From NCBI GenBank assembly GCA_000388065.2, contig KB932203.1: a stretch of DNA of 57,064 nucleotides; one strand, given 5' to 3'. The position numbers were made by a program, and so were the translations under genes. Each line of letters opens with the position of its first letter. Within the stretch, counting starts at the first letter, position 1. The notes below the pieces were generated by a model. It was given only the letters and a program-made list of their open reading frames with translations. It ran no database searches and was not told the DNA's origin. Shown here piece by piece: positions 47,901-57,064 of the stretch. This DNA is from Fonticula alba ATCC 38817. Taxonomy: Eukaryota; Protista; Nucleariida.

Positions 47901-50900
47901 CGGTCATGCTGGCCAGGCTGTCAAATAGACCCACCGTGGAGCTGGTGAGGAAGTGACTGCAGAAGCGAATCTGCCAGCGGCAGCGGCAGCCACAACGAGG
48001 CGACAGGAGCCCGGGGGGGGGGGGGAGATCAAGGGAGGAGAGAGGCCGAGAACGCGAAGGAGTGCGAGATCAGGAGGAGAACGTCAGTCACAGCGCCTCC
48101 AGACCGGCCCAGTGCCCAGCGAAGAAGGACACCCAGACACACCTCGCTTGAGAGGCTGGAATCCATCTCGGCGGTCATCAGCGAGCGGAGCTGTGACCGT
48201 TGGGCGATCAGCGACGCGGCGCTCGCCTGTTGCCAGAGTCGACCAGAGGGAGTCAGTGGGGGCCAGGCACACGAAGAACATTCACGGGGAGAGGAGCCTT
48301 CCCGGCGATGCCACGGCCATCGCGTACCTTGAGCGGTGTGAAGCGCCGGACAAAAAGACTACCGACGAGCGAGCGCAAGAGCAGCAAAAGTGTCAGATCC
48401 CAGGCAGGGCCGTGGCCAGCAGGAGGAGGAGGGGGGCGGGGGGCGGGGCGGGGCGGGGGGCGGGGCGGACAAGCATGCAAAGAGAAGCGGACCTGACGAG
48501 GCGTGCCGGCGGCTCGGTACTCAGCTGCAAAGGCCACACCACACGGAGAAGAGGTGAGAGCGGAGCCCGGACAACACAATGCAAAACCCAAAGCGCACCA
48601 GATCGATGATGGCCTCTTCAGAGAGGGCCCCCTCGTCGCTGAGCAGGATGGCCGCCGACAAATGCGCAGCCAGAGCCCCAGGCGGCACGGTAAGACCAGC
48701 GGCCGGGCGCGCACGGCGCCGGGCACCGCCACCCCCGCCACCCCCGCCACCGCCGGTTCCAGGAGTTGCCTTCAGCGAGGCATTGACCAGTGTCAGCAGG
48801 CATGTCTCCAGGTGGATGAGCTGCCCGGCCCGACAGTAGAGCACCGATCGCAGGGTGCGCAGGCCTTCCCGGTGGGCATGGTGTACGGCCCCACCGCCGG
48901 GGAGGAACTGCAAGCCCTGCAGCGCCTGGAGATCCGGGTCACAGTGCTCCAGCTGCGCTCGAAACAGAACCGCCAGCCATGGCGTAAAGGCATTGAGCAG
49001 GTGTCGCAGCCTTCAACGGAAGGAGGAGGCGGTAGGAGCCATTCACGGTGGGGCACGCAGTCGGCCACAGCGGCATGGTCAGTCGGGGGGAGGGGGGGAG
49101 GGGGGGGAGGCGAGACGGAGCAACACAATGGCAGAGATTGGAACCGGATCCCCCGTGGCAGGGGGCCAGCCCGACAAGGCAACCACATGCGCACCAGTTG
49201 ATAGCATAGAAGAGCGACAGGATGACCGCCGGCGAGGGAGCCAGCTCGCCGATCTGCAAATGTTCCGGTCACACAAGGTGGCATTCAGTCAGGTCCGGCG
49301 GGAATCCACAGCACATGGGAGGAAGTGGCGGCGGTGGTGGCAGAAATGAGCAGACAAGTGGAGCGCACCGCCTCCACGTCAAACAAGGCAATCGGCGACA
49401 GGATGATCGGATCGATGACAGCCAGTAGCGGCTCATTTGAGGCCCCGGTCGCAAAGGCCGGGCCGGCGCCCGGGCCCAGCGAGAAGGAGCTGCAATACCG
49501 GTACAACAGGAAGTGCGAGCCCAGCGTGGACAGCCGCAGGCGTCGAGGCTTCCCCTGGGCACTGAGCAGCAGGCACCGATGGATCGCGGCCACCAGCGAC
49601 GGACCGCCTCCGACCGGACTGGCCGACGTGTGGGCAGAGCCGACCAGAGACAAGCTTGCCAGCGACTCCGACCCATGATCGCCCCCGAGGGATGATGCCA
49701 CCGAGGGGTAAATGTCCACGCACACGGCCGGTGGAAGTGGCTGTATGTGCACGTGCATGTGCAGTTGTGTGTGTGGGGGGGGGGGGGGGGAGATATGGGG
49801 GCCGAACAAATGTGAGTGCCTGAGGAGGAACCGAAGGAGAAAGGGGAACTGCAGCCATGGACGCAAAGTGCAGCAGCAAGAAGGAGGGCCCATGGCCATT
49901 GGGCGCACGGTGTTCGTATTCGGAGAGGCCACATGGAGCTCCACGGACACAGGGGGCGAAAGCGGCCGAGCTGCCGGAACATGACGGCCGCCCCCGGCAG
50001 CCGGAGCCTCCAGGAGGGAAACTCGCGAGGCCAACTCCGACGGCGACACCAGGTACCGGCTCTGCCCGCCACAGGGTAGGCTCCAGGATGTCAGTCCCAA
50101 GTGGGCGGAAGGGAGAAGGGCGACCCCGGCCGAGCAGACTCGCTGCGTCCCGGTGAACGGACCTGAAACTGAACAATCACGTCCTTGAGAATGAAGGACA
50201 AGAGGGACTCATCGACCGCGCGCCACGGGGCCAACAGGCCGCCCGGGCAGATGGGCAGCTCTGGCCGCGAACCTGGCCCCTGCGAGCCCTGGAATTGCTG
50301 AACTGTGCGCAGGAAGCGTGTCAGCTCCCGGAGGAAATGCCCGTGATGGGCCTGCACCGCATCATGGCCGCCGTCCGATGGTGCAAGACAGGGACAGGGG
50401 AAGTACGTCAGCAGGGAGCTCAGGACTGAAACCCCAACAGCCAGCGGGACCAGGGCAGCACCGTCACAGGATGCAGCACTTGCAAAGAGAGGGGGAAAAG
50501 AGCGGAAGACAGAGGGATATAGGGGGAGGGGGGGGGGGCGGGGGGGCGGGGGGGCGGGGGAAGGAAGAGAAGGGATGCACCTGCGACAGCCGGGCCATGT
50601 CGCTCAGCAGACAGAAGAGCCCACGCCCATGGCGGGACAATGTCTGCCGGAAGGACTCACTGAGCGTCGTCAGGTCGGGGTCTTGCATCAGACGTCCGAG
50701 CTCACCGACTGCGGCGAAGATGCCCGACATGAAGAGCCGGTGCCGGGCCAGCAAAGCCGGCGAGAAGGTACGCGAGTGGCTCGGGCCACCGAGCACCGCG
50801 CCATCATCCTCCGCCAATGCCGCCAGATACCGGTGGAAGGTCGAAAGCAGGAAGCTCTGTGCACCGGCGAGGGAGGCAGGAGGTCAGAAGGCGCCCTCGC

Positions 50901-52492
50901 CGGACGCGTGGACGGGAGGGGGAGAGAGAGAGAGAGAGAGGCAAAAACAGAAGGAGCAAGGCTTGGGAAAAGACGATGGACAGGCGTGGGGGCACCTTTG
51001 AGCGCGAGCGCGAGCGCGGCCGAAACTCCGGCCCACGCAGAGACAGGCGCGTGGCCAGGTGAGCCAGCACTGCGAAGAGCCCGCGGCTGGTGGTCTCCGC
51101 GATTCCCGGCGGCGTCCCGGTCGCCAGCGACAGGACCGTCCCCTGGAGAACCGGCACCAGGGGATCCAGCCCGGCCGGGCCCAAATGCTCCGGCAGCTCC
51201 GGATGCAGGCCACGGGGGTGGCAAATCCAAGCCAGCGCGCATGCCCCGAGCAGGATCCGCACCTCCTACGACGAGTTAGTGGCCAGAGGGAGCTCCGGAA
51301 GGCGGGAGAAGGGAGCGCAAATGAAAGCCCCGCCGATGGGTCGCCCCCCCCCCCCGCCCCCCCCCCCATCGAGGACGCACCTCTCGTGAAGCCAGCAGGT
51401 CCGCCAAAGAACCCACCACTTGGCGCTGGAGGTGCTGCACGTCGGCCGGGCTGAGCCCCGGGTCGGCCAGGCCAACATCAGACCCCGGCGTGGCCCATTG
51501 CCCGGCCACGCGCTGTGCCACGGGCAAAAGGCAGAACAACAGTGCGGCCCAGCGCCCGGCCAGGCCAACCGCGGCCCCGGTAAAGCCTTCGGGCATGATG
51601 GGGTCCATGTTGGCAAGCCCAGGCAGGCGAAAGGCCGGCATGCGAGCCGCCTCGAGGGTGAAGTGTGCCAGTCCGGTTGGGAAAATGGTGAACGCATGGA
51701 GGAGGCTCCAGGGATCGGTTGTGGCAAAAAAAAGACAGAATGGCGTGGATGGGACAAAGGGGACGCGGCGAGAACGAAGAGGCAGCGAAGGAGCAGCAGA
51801 GGGGGCAGCAGAGGGGGTAGCAGAGGACAAACGGAGGCAGACGGTTAATCCGCTGATCGGAGGCCACATACAGTGCAGGGGGAGACCAGAGAGGGAAGAA
51901 AAAAAAAGAAAGACAGAGCGAAAGAGAGGAATGAAGAGGACACGGCCGATCCGCACTCTGGTCTGGTGGAGAAGAGGGCCAGCGTGCGCGCCAGCAAGTC
52001 CGCACGGAGGCGCCCGTGCAAGGTCAGCATGAGAAGCAGCAGGCAGGCCAGAGCCGCCAGGCGGTCTGCCGGCTGCGGCGCCTCCAGCAGGCCGGTCCCA
52101 AAGACCGTGAGCGCTGGGGCATGTGCACTTGAGTTGCCCGGGTGTGCCAGCGAAAAGGCAGTCCCGTGGAGGCCTACGCGCGTGCTGCCCCGTCGACTCG
52201 GGCCGGCGTCCATGACGCCAGCCGCCAAGCGTATCAGCAGGACCAGATCCAATGGCGACGGACCAGCCGACTGGAGGCCAGGTAGGTGTTGGGGGAGGGA
52301 AACAAGGGCAAACCGTGAGCAGAGGACAAATGACCCTCCCGCCAGGACATGCCGCCAGAGAGACGCACATCGTCGAATGCCGAGCGGAGCCAATGGAAGC
52401 CGACGTGCGGCTCATTGGTGAAAAGTGTCATGAGCGTGTCTGGAAGGGCATAAAACAGGTAAGAGGTTGTCGAAAAGGGAAATGAGGAGAGC

Positions 52493-52528
<36 letters not shown>

Positions 52529-54854
52529 TGGCCAGGCATAGCAGACGTCGGGAGGCGCACCTTGCAGCGACAGGTGCAGATCGGGCGAGAGGGCTGGGCT
52601 GCCAAGCTCCCCAGACAGGGCGCGGGCCGCCACGTCCGGGCCCCCGCCATCCATTCCGCCGCCAGTGTCCGAGGCCACCAACCCCACGCCGAGAGCCAGC
52701 AGCCGGGCTCCGGCCACTCGAGCCGCATGGCCGGCTACCTGCCGCACAACGGCCACCGACTGCGACAGCTCCGACTCCGGGGACACCTGCCGGAGCATGG
52801 TGTGCAACGCCTGCAAAGCCGCCCCGGCCAAGGGGATCCCCCGGAGCTGATCACCCCCAGGGCCAGGGGCCACGAGCATGCTTAACGGGCTGGACAGGCA
52901 CCGGTCAGCCAGGAGATCGCTGTGCGGCCCGCCGGCCAGCCAGGCGGCCGCCACGCGCCCGGCCCCGGCCAGCAGAGTTTCCGTGACCCCGGGCCAGGTC
53001 CCCGGCGCCAGGGTGTCCAGGCGCCGGCGCAGGAACCCGAGGAAGTGTGCCGTCGACAAGATGTCCCGGTGGGCCTCAAGGCCGGGGCTCGGGGCCGAAG
53101 AGCCGGCACGGGCCACCGCATGGCCCAGCGCCCGGAGCAGAGCAATTTGCAATTGTCCCAGGCCGATGGCCAGCGGACGGTCGGCCACCACCGTGGCTCC
53201 CATTGCCGAAGGCAGCCCCTCGGACCCCGGGGCCCACGCACTCCGGGGGAAGAGAAGCTCATGGATGTCGAAAAGGTCCAGGGCCAGGGACTTTGAGTCA
53301 AGAGGAAGGGCGGAGGAGGGGGGGGGGGGGACGGGGGCGGGAACACATCAGTAAGCGAAGGACTCCGGCAGAGGGAGCAGCAAGAGGCGCAATTTCGGCC
53401 ATATGTGTACCCGGTGCACGGCGTCATCGGCCGCCGGGGTCTCGGCTCGAAGGAAGGAGAAGCGCGGGATCAGCAGGACCAGCCGCTGGAGCAGGTCCCC
53501 GAGCCGCAGGGCGAATTGGCCAACCAGCATGTGTTGACCGCCGGTCAGGGCGGGCTCCTCCAGCCCCGGCATCCGATCTAGCAGCGGCCGAAGGATCCCC
53601 GCCACGGCGCGCAAAACCCGGCCAAAGGGCGATCCACCGCCAGGGACAGGGCCAGCCGGTAGGAGGTCGGCACACAGCAGGACCACCGCCCCGGGCAGAA
53701 GGTGGTCCGATCGGTGGAGGAAGTCCCCAAGCCCCGAGGCCAGCAGGATCCCGGTGTCCGCCATGCCGGTGACAAAGCGCCCATCGGCTCCGGCCGCCGG
53801 GTCGCCGTCCGTGTGGGCCGACTGCTCCAGCAGTGCCTCCAGCCGGGCGGCTCCCTGCTCCAGGGGCACGAGCAGCGCCCGCAACATGGCCGCAAGGGCT
53901 GTCCCCTGTGCCAGGGCATAGGGGAAGCCCCCGGGGTCGCTGGGCTCTGGCGTGGGCGTGCTTGCCCGAGAATGGGCCTGCTGGGCCGTCAGCGTCAACA
54001 GAAGGTCCAACGTGGAGAAGCCCAATTCCACGGACGGGGCATCGGCCTGCGGCTCAAGGACAATGCTGCATGACAGGCGAGTCAGTGACGGGAAGGCGCG
54101 AGAAGAAAGGCAGGGGGGGGGGGAGGCAGGCAGGATGGCGCCCCGGGCCCCGACTCGCTCCCCAGATGGACGCACCTCGACAGACCGCACCACAGCCGGC
54201 TGAGGTCCGAGCGCCGGAGGGCCTTGCCGCCCGGGTGGGGATTCTGGCGGAAAACCAACCCGCAGGAGTATTGGGCGAAGCCGCACGCAGCCGCCAGGGC
54301 CCCGTACGCCAGGCGGTCGCCAGCCAGGCGGTCCCACCAGGAGAGATCAGATGTGTCGCCATGCCCGCTGCCACCGCCACCGCCACCGCCGGGGCCCGAC
54401 AGGAGGGCCTTGTATCCGGCGCCAAGGGCCGCAATGGAGCCTTGATCAAAGATCCGGCCAACGCACTGATCCATGGCCTCGGAGCTGACGGCCGACAGGG
54501 GACCCACCAGTGCCGGGCCCGGCGAACGGAGCAGCGTCAGCAGCGACATGACAATGGTGCGCATGTCTGTGGCCGAGGGGCGGGTGGGCGTGCCCGAACG
54601 GGGTGTCAGAACATCACACATGAGGACCGGGAGGAGCGGCGGAGCGGCGGAGCGGCGGAGCGGAGGACCGAGGCAAACGCACCTGGCTGCGTCCCCGGCG
54701 GATAGCGGCAAACATCACGAACGACCGGCTTGCCGGCCCCGGCGGCGGGCCCACATGCAGGGACTTGCTCGGCCAGGAAGATCCGGCACTCCCGCAGCAG
54801 GTGGCGGAAGTACTCGCCCAGAGGGGGCGACGCAGGTAGAGAGCCTTCAGACAT
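44972..54854 (-). CDS. FANCD2: Fanconi anemia group D2 homologue, large and divergent, roughly 19 or more exons
   Basis: The C-terminal region matches FANCD2: LVTCLRLGRSFVGAWMRHVMPCFDRIF, VLALLAALQKSTRVLQSACS, LRRDLETLLFRVRQMLERNDASAAYWIGHLKHRALDGEVVSSQ (compare human FWLGNLKNRDLQGEEI), and ITLQTFVQYHRL. The first exons splice in phase: 54854-54683, 54566-54176, 54065-53411, 53290-52561, 52439-52369, 52270-51957. Middle exon boundaries, the start and the stop are less certain. Confidence 0.88.
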
Positions 54855-54930
54855 GGTGCATGGTGTGTGCGTGCGCGCGCCGGCCAGCAGGGAGCACACG
54901 GCGGGAGGCGGGAATCGAATCCAGAGAGAG

Positions 54931-54981
<51 letters not shown>

Positions 54982-55482
54982 CGAGGAAAGGTAGGCGTGT
55001 GGGGTGGGTGTTGTGGGTGTGTATGGGGGGGGGGGAGGACGTGTGGGCGGGCGTGGTCGGTGCATGTACGGGTATAGCTAGTCCCGCACGCGGTGGAGGA
55101 TGCGCCGCGTTGGAGGGGGGACGCTTTTCCGGCACCCACGGACGCCGGCCCAACGGGCATGGAGATCGCCCGCCCCCCCGATCGCCGCCGCGCGATCTCC
55201 GCGCCCCCCCCCCCTCCGCCGGGCCCCGGCCGGGACGGCCCAAGGGCCATGCCGTTGGCATATGGTGGCGCCCGATGCCATGATGCGTTGGTGTCTCCTC
55301 CTTGTGTCATGTGCCCGGGAGAACGTCATTCTACGGGCCTTAATATGATGGCGATCCGGCCACCCTGCGGGCGCCCGAGACTCGATCCACCCCTCCCCCT
55401 CCCTCTCCCCCTCCTACTGTCTGATCCCCCGCGCGCGCGTGCCCCTCCCGCCCCCTCCCTCAGACAGGTACCCGCCCGGGCT

Positions 55483-55579
55483 CGCCTCCTCCCCTCTGTC
55501 GCCTCCTCCCCTCTGTCGCCTCCTCCCCTCTGTCGCTTCCTCCCCTCCGTCGCTTCCTCCCCTCGTCGCCTCTTCCCTC
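55483..55579. repeat. 17-bp minisatellite, about 5.7 copies, in the putative 5' UTR intron of MRPL32
   Basis: cgcctcctcccctctgt repeated three times exactly, then degenerate copies. Confidence 0.9.
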
Positions 55580-55666
55580 TTTGAGACCCTTGCTTCCTCT
55601 TGCTCACACGGCTTTATCCCCCACCCACCCCCCCCCCTCTCCCTGCCTCCTGCGCGTGGGCGACAG

Positions 55667-56334
55667 ATGCTCGCCATCCTCTCCGCGCGCACTGCCGCCC
55701 TCGCCCACAACACGGTGATGACCGCGCGGCAGACCGTCGTCCACGCGGCCGGTGTCCTCCGCCACTCCCTCTTCGGGGAGGAGTACCCTCCGTATGGGCA
55801 TCAGCTCCAGCTGGCGGGTGATTTCGCGCCGGCTCCCGCCGCCCCGGCCGGCCCCGGCCTGCTGGAGGCCCTGTCCCGCCCGTGGGTGCTCTTCGCCGTG
55901 CCCAAGAAGAAGGTCTCCCGGCCCATGCGTCGCAACCGCATCGTCCACAAGCAGGTATGCCCCGAAGCTGCTCCTTGATATGCCCCCTGTGGTGGCGTGA
56001 GTTGGAATGCGGAGCGGGGGAGGGGCACTCGGGCTGGCTGGCTGGCTGACGCTTGACCTACCGGCTTTACCAAACACGCACATACACGCACATACACACA
56101 CACACTCACACACGTCATCTGCCCTGTTTCAACCTCCCCTCCCGCTCTCGCTGGGCACCACAGCTTCAGAAGATCACCAACGTCGAGGACTGCCCCAGCT
56201 GCGGCTCCCCTCGACTTCTGCAGAACCTCTGCCGCAACTGCCGCACCATTGTCACCGCCGACGGCCAGCTCCACCCCGCCTCCAAGCTCCCTTACATCCC
56301 GGAGATCGACAACGCCAAGCGCCAGCAGCAGTAA
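55667..56334 (+). CDS. MRPL32: Mitochondrial ribosomal protein bL32m
   Basis: Exons 55667-55954 and 56164-56334 (TAA). A long presequence is followed by LFAVPKKKVSRPMRRNR and the zinc ribbon CPSCG...LCRNC, typical of L32. Confidence 0.92.
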
Positions 56335-56403
56335 ACACGCCTCCGCGCGTCTCCCCACCGCGGAAGGACACCATGGCGGAGCGGGATTTCCGGCCATTAC
56401 GCA

Positions 56404-56439
<36 letters not shown>

Positions 56440-57064
56440 CTGCTCCCCTTCCCCCTCCCGTCACCCTACCACACACACACACACACACACACATACTAGA
56501 CCTTGTACTCCTTTTCGATTCTCTGCTGCTCCTTGGCCCCGGCACGACCGGCACAAGATACGTCCTCTGGCGCGTGGCCCGGCCACCTTCCAGCACCTCC
56601 CCCTTGTAGACTGCTCCCATGTTCCCCCCTCCTCCCTCCCGAAAATGCAAATAATCCTGAAATGTTTGATCTATTACTGGGCGATGTGTGGGGTAGCGGC
56701 CGGGCGAGGGGGAGGACCGGGCCGCCGGGCGGCGGCGGCGATGCCGAATGGTGGGAAGGCCCCCGGCCGCTGGGAAGTGTTTCGGGAATCGGCGAAAGGA
56801 GAGAGATGCAGCTGGAAACCGGCGACTTAGCGCTTGCCACGGGAAGCCTGCTTGCCCTCGCCTGTGACGATGACAAAGGCGGATGGCGAGGGGGGACCGG
56901 GTGTGCGCGCGGCGGCCGGGCACAGGGCAGGTTACCGTGTGATGGGCGGGCAGGGTTGGCGGGCGAGCAGGCACACGTAGGCGCCAGCCGAGCACATCGG
57001 TGGCGGTGCGCGACAAGGAGGGGGCCAGACAGAGGGAGGGAGAGAAGGGGGGGGGGGGGGGGGA

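Noticed and set aside
51700-51860. Possible non-canonical GAG 3' splice acceptor in FANCD2
   Set aside because: An upstream in-frame CAG acceptor near 51855 also works, so the junction cannot be resolved without RNA data.

Overview
This is a draft-assembly window from a very GC-rich, intron-containing eukaryote. It is not prokaryotic: I found no CRISPR array, rRNA, tRNA or mobile element. Gene content suggests a unicellular opisthokont, and the poly-C/poly-G tracts and N gaps are reminiscent of Fonticula-like assemblies (inference only). By splicing GT-AG introns by hand I support 12 protein-coding genes: importin-4 (+), cytochrome c1 (+), a small KEN-box protein resembling securin (-), a mitochondria-targeted LRR-like orphan (+), an ABCC4/MRP4-type transporter with a long acidic tail (+), mitochondrial GatB (+), ATP synthase subunit b (partial, +), RNA polymerase II RPB1 (+), a thioredoxin-like orphan (-), VPS25 (+), RPB8 (-), a very large divergent FANCD2 (-), plus MRPL32 (+) as a thirteenth. 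Most long ORFs in the supplied track are antisense shadows, read through introns or read through N gaps. Three observations stand out. (1) The FANCD2 homologue appears to carry Arg and no Lys at the position of the monoubiquitinated K561. (2) The 161-aa spliced orphan matches the securin separase-binding motif. (3) The visible RPB1 CTD heptads are YSPTSPA. All family assignments and alignments were made by eye from remembered sequences, with no database search.
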